Below are positions 42,546 through 51,465 of a DNA stretch of 64,000 bases, in pieces. Within the stretch, counting starts at the first letter, position 1. Each line of letters opens with the position of its first letter. The notes beneath the pieces are model-generated. The model saw nothing but the letters and a program-made list of their open reading frames with translations. It made no database searches and had not been told where the DNA came from. The stretch lies in assembly GCA_963825135.1 (NCBI GenBank), contig CAWGRW010000009.1:352001-416000 (forward strand). Direction: 5' to 3'. Made by a program: the position numbers and the translations under genes. The DNA is from an uncultured bacterium (lineage in GTDB: Bacteria; Desulfobacterota_D; UBA1144; Nemesobacterales; UBA2774).

Positions 42546-43040
42546 ATGGGATCGAATCAAACAATTATAGCACCCTTAGTAAACGCTAATATTAGACCCT
42601 ATGCATTTCAATTTTATGCAAGAGACTTCTATAAGGCGTATAAGAAACACAAAGACGGTCTTCCTTTTTCTCCAGCGAGATTTTTTTTGCTTTCCCGAAG
42701 CATAGAGCTTGCAGCAAAAAGCCTTTATCTTGCTGATGGAATGCCGGCGGAAGATTTAAATAATATCAATCACGACCTCAGCAAAGCATGTGATCCTGAT
42801 ATTCTTAAAAAATTCGGCGTAAGTTTATCATCGGACCAAATAAGTGAATTATTGAAGGCTAATGACTATTATAAGCATAAAGGATTTGAGTATTTTTTAT
42901 ATAAGTATGGTAACTGGAAAAGTAGTGACTTCGGGAGCTCTGGGCCACAAATGGCGTTAACAGGTTGGCCGAATCTTCCGGATGTAAACATTCTTGAGTC
43001 TATAGTTGATTTGCTTCTGTCAATAAAACTGCCGGATTAA
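42546..43040 (+). CDS. AT-rich hypothetical protein, HEPN-like fold suspected
   Basis: FLLSRSIELAAKSL...G......HDL pattern; TAGGAG RBS. Confidence 0.55.
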   Translation: MGSNQTIIAPLVNANIRPYAFQFYARDFYKAYKKHKDGLPFSPARFFLLSRSIELAAKSLYLADGMPAEDLNNINHDLSKACDPDILKKFGVSLSSDQISELLKANDYYKHKGFEYFLYKYGNWKSSDFGSSGPQMALTGWPNLPDVNILESIVDLLLSIKLPD

Positions 43041-43064
43041 TCTTATTACATCGTATTCATATAT

Positions 43065-43122
43065 TGGGACAATGGGACAGACGGGCAGGGTATATACCCG
43101 GATATTGTGTCCCGATGTCCCA
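43065..43122. repeat. ~58-bp palindromic element, copy 2
   Basis: TGGGACAATGGGACA...GTATATACCCGGAT...TGTCCCGATGTCCCA. Confidence 0.7.
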
Positions 43123-43165
43123 TGGGAGAATAACAGGGATATTAATGTACACCCCCCACCCTACC

Positions 43166-43255
43166 TAATTTGGCTCAGGCATCAATGAGCCGGAATTGAG
43201 CACAATGACGCTTTCGTTTTCACAGCGACCTGCTTCTCGCTCGCTCGAAGCAGTT
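43166..43255 (+). mobile_element. Solo 90-nt hairpin-GTT element inside a REP-like palindrome
   Basis: TAATTTGG...GACC-TGCTTC(TCGCTCGCTC)GAAGCA-GTT between CCCCACCCTACC and CCCCTCCAATAGAGGGAGAGGG. Confidence 0.65.
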
Positions 43256-43329
43256 CCCCTCCAATAGAGGGAGAGGGAAAGAAAACTGTGTCGCATCTGT
43301 CGGATTCTACCGCGATCTGGCACGCCGCA

Positions 43330-43359
43330 TTGACATAACCCCCCGTTAGGAAATATAAT
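43330..43359 (+). promoter_or_regulatory. Sigma70-type promoter for the IPTL-CTERM gene
   Basis: TTGACA-18 nt-TATAAT; AAGGAGG RBS downstream. Confidence 0.65.
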
Positions 43360-43392
43360 CATCGGGAAAGAGCATTAATTAAAGGAGGATGT

Positions 43393-44082
43393 ATGATGAG
43401 AAACGGAATTAATATCCTGCCGTTGATTATTTTCCTGTGTATGTCGATAGCCTTTTTCAGCCGCGAAGCCGACGCCCAGACTTACCTGCCCGTCGGGCCG
43501 CAGGTGGACGTTCCCGTCTCCGTCGTCTCCACGGGCGGATGGACGGAGTGTTACAGGGATACCTATGACAACCAACTGAACGCGGAAACCGTGCTTGAGC
43601 AATGTCCCGGCGAGCTCCTCATGTTGTCCTGCCGGCCGACCGGGAGCAGTACGCTGACCCTCCTCGCCCAGGGCGCGCGGGAGGATGTGACTTTCGATAC
43701 GGGCGCGAATTTGGATGTTACTCATATCGCAAACGGCGTCGGCTGGTATTTCAACATATCGGCTCCAGGTGAAAATAATCAAGGCCAGAACGCCTGGGGA
43801 TTCGTAAGGGCGGGGGACAGCGTGAACAAGAACAATTGCGATACCCTTGAGAGCGGCGCTAACGATGAAAGGCTATGCTGGCACCTGCTAATAGGCGAAG
43901 GCGGATACAGGTGCGGCGAGACAGAGGACCTGAACGAATCTACGGCGTTCGAGCGCGTCGTCTATACTCCGGCTGTGTCGAAGCCTATTCCCACTCTTTC
44001 CCAATGGGGCCTGATCGCTATGGCCGGCATTCTGGGTCTCGCCGGACTTCTGATCGCGAGAAGAAGGAAAGCGGCCGCGTAA
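43393..44082 (+). CDS. Secreted Cys-containing protein with IPTL-CTERM sorting signal
   Basis: Signal peptide; C-terminal PIPTLSQWGLIAMAGILGLAGLLIARRRK. Confidence 0.85.
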   Translation: MMRNGINILPLIIFLCMSIAFFSREADAQTYLPVGPQVDVPVSVVSTGGWTECYRDTYDNQLNAETVLEQCPGELLMLSCRPTGSSTLTLLAQGAREDVTFDTGANLDVTHIANGVGWYFNISAPGENNQGQNAWGFVRAGDSVNKNNCDTLESGANDERLCWHLLIGEGGYRCGETEDLNESTAFERVVYTPAVSKPIPTLSQWGLIAMAGILGLAGLLIARRRKAAA

Positions 44083-44110
44083 GGTCAAGCGGCATTAAAA
44101 ACTAAATACC

Positions 44111-44136
44111 AAAAGGGAGCTTCGGCTCCCTTTTTT
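44111..44136. terminator. Bidirectional intrinsic terminator
   Basis: AAAAGGGAGC-TTCG-GCTCCCTTTTTT between convergent genes. Confidence 0.85.
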
Positions 44137-44212
44137 ATTTCGGCTCGCAATGACAGAGTAGGTTGTGCAGAGGAATAGCGGAAGGATCGTTTATGAGCAC
44201 ACATTGTCCGCC

Positions 44213-45607
44213 TTACTTAAGCTCGTTCAGCTCTTTCGTGATATTCCCCACGACGGTCTTGGCGTCGCCGAACACCATCATGGTCCTGTCGTTGAAGTAG
44301 AGCTCGTTCTCTATACCCGCGAAACCGGGGTTCATGCTCCGCTTGATGACCATTATGTGCTTCGCCTTATCCACGTCGAGTATCGGCATCCCGTAAATCG
44401 GGCTCGCCGCGTCGTGACGCGCCGCCGGGTTCGTTACGTCGTTCGCCCCTATAACGAGCGCTACGTCGGCGTCCGGGAACTCGGGGTTTATGTCGTCCAT
44501 GTCTATGAGCACGTCGTAGGGCACGTTCGCCTCGGCCAGGAGCACGTTCATGTGGCCCGGCATCCTTCCTGCTACCGGGTGTATGGCGTATTTAACGGAA
44601 GTGCCCTGCGTTTTGAGCAGGTCTGCCAGCTCCCTCACGCCGTGCTGGGCCTGGGCGGCCGCCATTCCGTATCCGGGGACGATGATGACGGACTTCGCGT
44701 CCTTGAATATCTCCGCGGCCTCTTTCGGCGTCCCCGAGCGCGCCTGTTTATTGCTCGTGTCTTCATGCGGAGCGGCCCCGTCCGCGGGCGGGGTTACCTT
44801 TCCGAATGCCCCGAAGAGCACGTTCGTGAACGAGCGGTTCATGGCCCTGCACATGATGATCGAAAGGACGAAACCGGAAGCGCCGTCGAGCGCGCCGCCG
44901 ATGATGAGTATCTTGTTATTGAGCGCGAACCCGAGGAGCGCGGCTGAAATACCCGCGTAGGAGTTCAATATCGAAATCACGGTCGGCATGTCGGCCGCGC
45001 CTATGGGCAGTATGAGCATCACGCCGAACGTGAGGGCGAGCACGAGGCCCAGATAAAATAGGAACCCGGCCGACGGAAAGAACACGAGTATGATTACGAT
45101 GAGCGCGATCACCCCGAGGAGTGATACGTTGAAAACGTTCTGGCCTTTATACGTCCAGGGCGACCCCGGCAGGATACCCTGCAGCTTGCCGAAGGCCATC
45201 ATGCTGCCCGTGAATGTGAGGCTCCCGAGCATCACTTCAGACCCTATGGCGCTCATTCTCACCGTGCTCAGGTCCTGGCCGTGATAGTATTCCGCTATAC
45301 CCACGAGCGCCGCGGCGAGAGCGCCGAACGCGTGCGAGAGCGCAGTCCGCTCTGGCATCTTGGTCATAGGCGTCCACGCCGCAATGCCTATGCCGGCTAT
45401 GGATCCGATTACGAGCCCGACTACTATCCATTCGTAGGTAATTACCTCGTGCTGGATAAGGGTCCCGATGATGGCCATGGCCATACCGAGGGCGGCCATC
45501 CTCTGTCCGCGGCGGGCCGTTTCGGGCGAGTTCAGGCCCTTCAGTCCGAGAATGAACAGTACGGCCGATATCAGGTATACAAGGTTAGTGAATATATTGC
45601 TCGTCAT
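44213..45607 (-). CDS. pntB: NAD(P) transhydrogenase beta subunit
   Basis: IGAADMP..ISILNSY, VPGYGMA, HPVAGRMPGHMNVLLAEA, GANDVTNP. Confidence 0.95.
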   Translation of the reverse strand: MTSNIFTNLVYLISAVLFILGLKGLNSPETARRGQRMAALGMAMAIIGTLIQHEVITYEWIVVGLVIGSIAGIGIAAWTPMTKMPERTALSHAFGALAAALVGIAEYYHGQDLSTVRMSAIGSEVMLGSLTFTGSMMAFGKLQGILPGSPWTYKGQNVFNVSLLGVIALIVIILVFFPSAGFLFYLGLVLALTFGVMLILPIGAADMPTVISILNSYAGISAALLGFALNNKILIIGGALDGASGFVLSIIMCRAMNRSFTNVLFGAFGKVTPPADGAAPHEDTSNKQARSGTPKEAAEIFKDAKSVIIVPGYGMAAAQAQHGVRELADLLKTQGTSVKYAIHPVAGRMPGHMNVLLAEANVPYDVLIDMDDINPEFPDADVALVIGANDVTNPAARHDAASPIYGMPILDVDKAKHIMVIKRSMNPGFAGIENELYFNDRTMMVFGDAKTVVGNITKELNELK

Positions 45608-45906
45608 TTCTCGCTCTTACCGTCCCCTTTTTTGAACATTTTAAGCATGCGCTCGGTTATCATGAAACCGCCCACGACGTTACACATGGCGCAGGCGACC
45701 GCTATGGTCCCGAGCACCGTGACGACCGCGCCGTGCCTGCTGCCGGCGACCAGGATGGCCGCGACCACCGATATAGCGGAAATCGCGTTCGTGGCCGACA
45801 TGAGCGGCGTATGAAGGAGCGGGGGAACCCGCGATATAACAAGAAAGCCCAGGAATGCTGCGAGGATGAAAATGTATAATCCGGCGACTAACAGAGCTCC
45901 GTCCAT
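45604..45906 (-). CDS. pntA: NAD(P) transhydrogenase alpha subunit, membrane part (alpha2)
   Basis: VPPLLHTPLMSATNAIS, NVVGGF.IT.RML.MF. Confidence 0.95.
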   Translation of the reverse strand: MDGALLVAGLYIFILAAFLGFLVISRVPPLLHTPLMSATNAISAISVVAAILVAGSRHGAVVTVLGTIAVACAMCNVVGGFMITERMLKMFKKGDGKSEK

Positions 45907-45925
45907 GAGACGTTCCCTCCCTTGT

Positions 45926-47059
45926 TTATTTCACGGCGTCTTTTATAAGCGGATGTACGATCCCGCCGCCGTGCGTGATGAGCGACCCCTTTATGATATC
46001 GTCTGCCAGGTCTATTTTGGCCGACTTCCCGTCGGGCGCGATCAGGTTGACGAACGCGAGCACGTTCCGGGCGTAGAGCAGGCTCGCGTGTACGGGCATC
46101 GTGCCCGGTATGTTAAAGAGCCCGATGATCGTAACCCCGTGTTTTATGACTTCCCTGCCCGGCTCCGAGAGCGTACAGTTCCCGCCCTGCTCGACGGCCA
46201 TGTCGACGATAACCGACCCCGGCTTCATCTCTCTCACCATCTCTTCCGTGATGAGTATGGGGGCGCGTTTTCCGGGTATGAGCGCCGTGCTGATAATGAC
46301 GTCCGTGTCTTTCGAGTATTTGCGTATCAGGTCCTGCTCGTTCTTGTAGAACTCCGGCGAAAGCTCCTTCGCGTACCCGCCCGTGTCCTCCGCCTGCTCG
46401 TGGGGGACCTCGAGCGATACGAATTCCGCGCCCAGGCTCTTTACCTGCTCGCCCGCCGCGGGCCTCACGTCAAACGCGGTCACTACCGCCCCGAGGCGCC
46501 TGGCCGTGGCTATGGCCTGAAGCCCGGCGACACCCGCCCCGATGATCATCACCTTGCCCGGCTGTATAGTCCCGGCCGCGGTGGAGAGCATCGGGAAGAA
46601 CCTGCCGCAGGCGTTTGCGGCCATGAGCACCACCTTGTAGCCCGCGACGGTGCTCATCGTCGAGAGCGCGTCCATGCGCTGGGCGCGCGTGATCCTCGGC
46701 ACCATCTCCATGGAGAGGGCGGAGATTTTCCTTTCGGCGAGTTTCTTTATTTCTTCGTGGTTCGAGAACGGCTGGAGGAATGAAATGACTATAGCCCCTT
46801 CTTTTAATTTTCCGATTTCGTCGAGCGTGGGCTTGTTTACCTTTAATAACAGATCGACCCCGGAGAGGAGCGCGTCTTTGGAGGGCTCTATGACGCCCCC
46901 CGCTTCCTCGAACTCCCTGTCGCTTATGAAGGACGCTGAGCCCGCGCCCGCTTCCACGACGACCTCCGCGCCCGCCTTGGTCATCTTGCTCACGGTCTCC
47001 GGCACTGCCGCAATGCGGCGCTCGCCTTCCATTGTCTCTTTTATTACCCCTACGCGCAC
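45926..47059 (-). CDS. pntA: NAD(P) transhydrogenase alpha subunit, soluble part (alpha1)
   Basis: KE...GERR, PRITRAQ.MDALS, GAGVAGL, GGYAKE, TALIPG. Confidence 0.95.
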   Translation of the reverse strand: MRVGVIKETMEGERRIAAVPETVSKMTKAGAEVVVEAGAGSASFISDREFEEAGGVIEPSKDALLSGVDLLLKVNKPTLDEIGKLKEGAIVISFLQPFSNHEEIKKLAERKISALSMEMVPRITRAQRMDALSTMSTVAGYKVVLMAANACGRFFPMLSTAAGTIQPGKVMIIGAGVAGLQAIATARRLGAVVTAFDVRPAAGEQVKSLGAEFVSLEVPHEQAEDTGGYAKELSPEFYKNEQDLIRKYSKDTDVIISTALIPGKRAPILITEEMVREMKPGSVIVDMAVEQGGNCTLSEPGREVIKHGVTIIGLFNIPGTMPVHASLLYARNVLAFVNLIAPDGKSAKIDLADDIIKGSLITHGGGIVHPLIKDAVK

Positions 47060-47320
47060 TATTATCTCCGCCTTCTTGATAAAATGGGGACTAGAAGTTA
47101 CCTCACCTCAAGCCCGGCGTCAATACCGAAATCTACCATAAAACCGGCGCCCGATACCAATCCTTATTGTCCCTTCCGGGAAATAAGCGCTTTAAGATTC
47201 TATTAATATTTTCCGATCAGTCAAGGTTAGGAGACCTAAACAATAAAAAATTAATCCAGGAGGTCCCGGTGAGGGTATCACGGATCGACGAAGCCCCGGT
47301 TTGAACCCGACGCGTCCCGG

Positions 47321-47665
47321 TCAATCGTCCTTCCCGCCCTTCTTCCCGCCCGTGCCCCGGAAGAGCCGCCCGAAGCCCAGAAAGTTGAGCAGGGTTTCGA
47401 TGGGGCTTTCCCCGCCTCCGTCGTCCCCCCGGCGCTCGTCCTCGAACCGCGCGTCCTCCCTGACGCTCCTGATCAGGTCCCTGGCGTCCTCGTAAATATC
47501 GTCGGGGACCATTATCGTCTTCGCGTTTAACGAACTCATGTACGCGCCCGAGTACATGGAGCCGAAGTGCTCGTTCTGGACGTAATAAGGCATCCCCGAG
47601 GCCTCGAACATGCTTTTCAGGAACACCAGTTCCGATTCGTCTGAAGGCGTGTATAGTCTTTTCAT
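47321..47665 (-). CDS. DUF2007-like putative signal-transducing protein
   Basis: MKRLYTP..ESELVFLKSMFEASG.PYYVQNEHF...IMVP....EDARDLI. Confidence 0.65.
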   Translation of the reverse strand: MKRLYTPSDESELVFLKSMFEASGMPYYVQNEHFGSMYSGAYMSSLNAKTIMVPDDIYEDARDLIRSVREDARFEDERRGDDGGGESPIETLLNFLGFGRLFRGTGGKKGGKDD

Positions 47666-47865
47666 ATTCCCACCGTGGTCCGTGAACCTCGCCGCATAAG
47701 TCAATAATGTACCAGAATATTTCCGAATGGACCCGCCGGGACGGAGACCGGTCCCCCTTACCGGAGCGTCCGGAGGGAGATATCCGTCATACCCCGCACT
47801 ATATCGGGCCTCTAAACATGATATAATTATCCGGTACATTCGTCTATCTCCGGGAGAAGGCCGCA

Positions 47866-48336
47866 ATGCAGACACTCGAATCGATATTAAGCGAGCACTA
47901 CTGCTTCAAGGGACTCGAAAAGAGGTACCTGGACATGATCGTCAACAAGGCTTCCGATGCCGCCTACGAGGAAGGGGAGTTCATCTTCCACGAGAGCGAC
48001 AAGGCGGACAAGCTCTATATCATCAGGGAAGGGATAGTGGCGCTCGAGACGAGGCTCGCCCCCGACAGGGACCCCATAACCATACAGATGATAGGAGAGG
48101 GCGACGTGCTCGGGTGGGGGTGGCTCTTCCCCCCGTACCTCTGTCACTTCGACGCCAAGGCCGTAGCGCCCACGAGGGCGGTCGTGCTCGACGGCACGTT
48201 CATACGCACGAAGTGCGAGGAAGACCACGAACTGGGCTACGAGCTATTGAAGAGGTTCGCTTCTCTCATACAGCAGAGGCTCCAGGCCGTCAGGCGGCAG
48301 AACCCCAACATGTACGTCGTCAGACCGAAGTCCTGA
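47866..48336 (+). CDS. Stand-alone cyclic nucleotide-binding domain protein
   Basis: IFHESD.ADKLYII.EG.V, GDVLGWGWLFPPY; no HTH. Confidence 0.85.
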   Translation: MQTLESILSEHYCFKGLEKRYLDMIVNKASDAAYEEGEFIFHESDKADKLYIIREGIVALETRLAPDRDPITIQMIGEGDVLGWGWLFPPYLCHFDAKAVAPTRAVVLDGTFIRTKCEEDHELGYELLKRFASLIQQRLQAVRRQNPNMYVVRPKS

Positions 48337-48369
48337 CAGCAATACGGAGCGGCAGGAGAAGTAAAAAAT

Positions 48370-48777
48370 TCAGTCCCCGCCTTTCGGGGTATCGGGGTTG
48401 CCGGCCCTTAACTTCATCGCCGCGAGCTTGAGCGTATTGAACCCGAGGTTTGCGCAGCCGGGCCTCGTGGCTACGAGTCTTTTGCCCAGTATTCCGGTCA
48501 CGATGCTGTGAGGCATCCCTTCGATCTCGGACAGCGTCTTCCCCTCCGCCTTCTCCAGAATGATGGAAGTACCCGCCTGGCTGACCATGCACCCCTCCCC
48601 TTCGAAGCCGAGCCCGCGCACTATTCCGTCATCGTCCGCGTCGATGTATATGGTGACGACGTCCCCGCACCCGGGGTTTCCGCCCTTTTGAACGACTCGC
48701 GCGTTATCTATAGCGCCTGCATGCCTGGGGTTCTTGTAGTGGTCGAGTATAAGCTCCATTAATTCGTCGTGGTCCAT
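48370..48777 (-). CDS. SufU/IscU-like Fe-S scaffold or sulfur-transfer protein
   Basis: ILDHYKNPRH.G, NPGCGD, GEGCMVSQA, RPGCA. Confidence 0.85.
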   Translation of the reverse strand: MDHDELMELILDHYKNPRHAGAIDNARVVQKGGNPGCGDVVTIYIDADDDGIVRGLGFEGEGCMVSQAGTSIILEKAEGKTLSEIEGMPHSIVTGILGKRLVATRPGCANLGFNTLKLAAMKLRAGNPDTPKGGD

Positions 48778-48844
48778 TCGGGTTTCTCCCGCGATAGTGG
48801 ATTTGCTGCGGATTTTACGGAGTACTTCTGAAAAACAGGTCATT

Positions 48845-49270
48845 CTAGTTGACCGTGACCGCCTTTTTAACCTCGCTCCTGATGCGGTTATACACCGCGG
48901 AGAGGCCGAACATGCGTCTCGTCCCGAGTTTTTGGTCGAGGCTCAGGCTGTTTATGAGGTTCTCCGGAGCGGATACGACCTCTTCAGGCGGGACGCCCGC
49001 GAAAGCGTCCACGAGGAGCGATACGAACCCCCTCACGGTCGGCGATTCCCTTGGAACGTCGGCGTAAAGATTCACCTTCCCGTCCTTCACGTCTATGAAT
49101 ATGAACACCGGGGTCTCGCACTCGGGCACGCGGTTGTAACCGGCGTCCCTCGCCTCCCTGTACTCGTCCGGGAGCGGGGGCAGGGTCTCCGAGTAATCGA
49201 GGAGCATGGCGAGCGTCTCCTGGTAGTCGGCGTCCCGGAACTGTCCGATTATTTCTTCTATCCTGTTCAT
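48845..49270 (-). CDS. sufE: SufE-family sulfur acceptor
   Basis: RVPECETPVF, ESPTVRGF, R..GL. Confidence 0.8.
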   Translation of the reverse strand: MNRIEEIIGQFRDADYQETLAMLLDYSETLPPLPDEYREARDAGYNRVPECETPVFIFIDVKDGKVNLYADVPRESPTVRGFVSLLVDAFAGVPPEEVVSAPENLINSLSLDQKLGTRRMFGLSAVYNRIRSEVKKAVTVN

Positions 49271-49375
49271 GAAAGTCTCTATATATAATAATCCGCCAAA
49301 ATAAAAACGGGATGCGTCGGTTATTCCCGGCACACCCCGGCGTATTTATATAGCTGCGTTATTGTACCCCGCGTC

Positions 49376-50221
49376 TCAGGGTTTCTCTATCGGAGCCTTT
49401 ACGAGGTTTCCCCACTCGGTCCAGGAGCCGTCGTAGTTCCTCACCCTGTCGAAGCCCAGCAGGTACGTGAGCACGAACCACGTGTGGGAGGACCTCTCCC
49501 CTATCCTGCAGTAGGCAATGATGTCGTCCCCTTTCTTGAGTCCCTTGTCGTCCATGTAAATCGACTTGAGGTCATCAGCCGACTTGAACGTCCCGTCTTC
49601 CTTCACGGCCGTAGCCCAGGGAACGTTCTTCGCCCCCGGTATGTGCCCCCCCCTGAGAGCGCCTTCCTGCGGGTACGCCTCCATGTGCAGGAGCTCCCCG
49701 GTAAACTCTTTCGGCGAGCGCACGTCGATGAGCGGCTTCTTCTCGCCCATGTGCTTCACTACGTCGTCCCTGAAAGCCCTTATGGATTCGTCCACTTTCG
49801 AGACCTTGTAGGTCGTCTTCGGGTAACCGGGCACATCTTTCGTAAGCGGGCGCTTCTCCTCGACCCACTTCTGCCTCCCGCCGTTCATGACGAGGGCTTT
49901 CTCGTGCCCGAAGAGCTTGAATACCCAGTACGCGTAGCAGGCCCACCAGTTGTTCTTGTCCCCGTAGAAGACGACGGTGGTGTCGTTCGCTATGCCCTTG
50001 TCCGACAGCAGCTTCTCGAACTTCGCCTTGTCTATATAGTCCCTTATGAGCTGGTCCTGGAGGTCCGTCTGCCAGTCTATCTTGACCGCGCCCTCGATGT
50101 GGCCGACCTCGTACAAGAGCACGTCCTCGTCCGACTCTACAATCTTTACCTTCGGATCGTTAGCGTGCGCTGCAACCCATTCCGTGCTCACGATAACGTC
50201 CGGATGTGTATAATCTGCCAT
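49376..50221 (-). CDS. Tandem-rhodanese thiosulfate sulfurtransferase (SseA/CysA-like)
   Basis: [36 protein letters not shown]. Confidence 0.9.
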   Translation of the reverse strand: MADYTHPDVIVSTEWVAAHANDPKVKIVESDEDVLLYEVGHIEGAVKIDWQTDLQDQLIRDYIDKAKFEKLLSDKGIANDTTVVFYGDKNNWWACYAYWVFKLFGHEKALVMNGGRQKWVEEKRPLTKDVPGYPKTTYKVSKVDESIRAFRDDVVKHMGEKKPLIDVRSPKEFTGELLHMEAYPQEGALRGGHIPGAKNVPWATAVKEDGTFKSADDLKSIYMDDKGLKKGDDIIAYCRIGERSSHTWFVLTYLLGFDRVRNYDGSWTEWGNLVKAPIEKP

Positions 50222-50576
50222 CTATAATCTCCTTCAACGAGAATTTGGTATTGTTTATAACAGGACGAATCTTAAATAACCCACCCGCCTATTATCTATT
50301 TTATTGGTTGCAATTCATTTATTCAAGTGAGTGAAGCCTTATTAACACCCCATTAATATTGCAATATTTAATCCGCTATATCCGCTCGTGCGCGGAAACG
50401 GCGCAAATCACGTCATTATCGCCCGGAAAAAAGCGCCGCAGGGCGTAAAAATTATATATTCCTTTGACGTATCGTTTTGTGCTATTATGTAATTAGATGG
50501 GCATGTAAGGTGTTTTGATTCCTTTGAGGGCGATTTGACTCGGGTGTAAAGAATCTGCAACAGGGGGTGAGCATCC

Positions 50577-51020
50577 ATGTTGGAAGAATTAAAAGTCCGC
50601 GATTTGATCGGCGAGAGAGACAGGGTTTATTTTGTGGATGCTGAAGACACAGCCGATGTCGCCGCGCTCAAGCTCAGGAACTTCAAGGTGAGGACGACCG
50701 GGGTCATGAAGGGGGGCAGCATCGTGGGGGTCGTCGGTCATTCCGATTTCTCCACCAAGATCGTCGCGCTCGGGAAAAAGCCGTCCGAGGTCAGGATAGC
50801 GGAAATAATGAGCGAAAACCTTCACACGGTCACGCTCGACACGTCTTTCTACGAATGCCTCGATCTCATGAACGAGCACGGCATATCGCACCTCTTCATT
50901 CTCGACTCGGAAGGGGAGTATTACGGCATGCTAGCGTGGACCGACCTGCAGCGGATTCTCGTAAGGGAGCTCAAATACCAGCTCAAGCTGGCGCAGGAAT
51001 ACGCGTTCGGACCCTTATAA
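50577..51020 (+). CDS. CBS-domain protein
   Basis: Pair of CBS repeats (KVRDLI..., IAEIMS..., ISHL). Confidence 0.8.
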   Translation: MLEELKVRDLIGERDRVYFVDAEDTADVAALKLRNFKVRTTGVMKGGSIVGVVGHSDFSTKIVALGKKPSEVRIAEIMSENLHTVTLDTSFYECLDLMNEHGISHLFILDSEGEYYGMLAWTDLQRILVRELKYQLKLAQEYAFGPL

Positions 51021-51094
51021 TCCCTCGCGCGGGCGGGGCATACGGGCGGATTGAAACCCTTACGAATAAATAGAAGCTCCGACGGAAAATAATA

Positions 51095-51361
51095 ATGACT
51101 GAAGAAGAACGCACCGAAGAAATCAGGGAGAAGGCCGAGGCCGTAGAGGAAATGGTGGAGGCCAGGGAAGCGGAGCGAGCCCGCAAGCCCGGAACCCGCG
51201 GCCGCAACGGAAAAGGGCTCATGGAAAGGAGGGAGAGCTTCGAGCAGTCGAGCGTCCCCAACGCCCACAGGGGCTACAACAGCAAGACGCCCCGCATCAT
51301 GATGGTCATCATAGCGGCCATGTTCATACTGAGCTTCATCCTCGCCGCGATCACCGGCTGA
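51095..51361 (+). CDS. Small tail-anchored hypothetical protein
   Basis: Charged N-terminus and a C-terminal TM helix. Confidence 0.6.
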   Translation: MTEEERTEEIREKAEAVEEMVEAREAERARKPGTRGRNGKGLMERRESFEQSSVPNAHRGYNSKTPRIMMVIIAAMFILSFILAAITG

Positions 51362-51465
51362 CCGAAATTCCCCCGAAGCGCTACCCCGCGCGATAGATTC
51401 CATACACCTTCCATTTTCGTAACAATGTCAGTTAATCGGACCCGCCGGTTTGTCTGCTGTAACGA

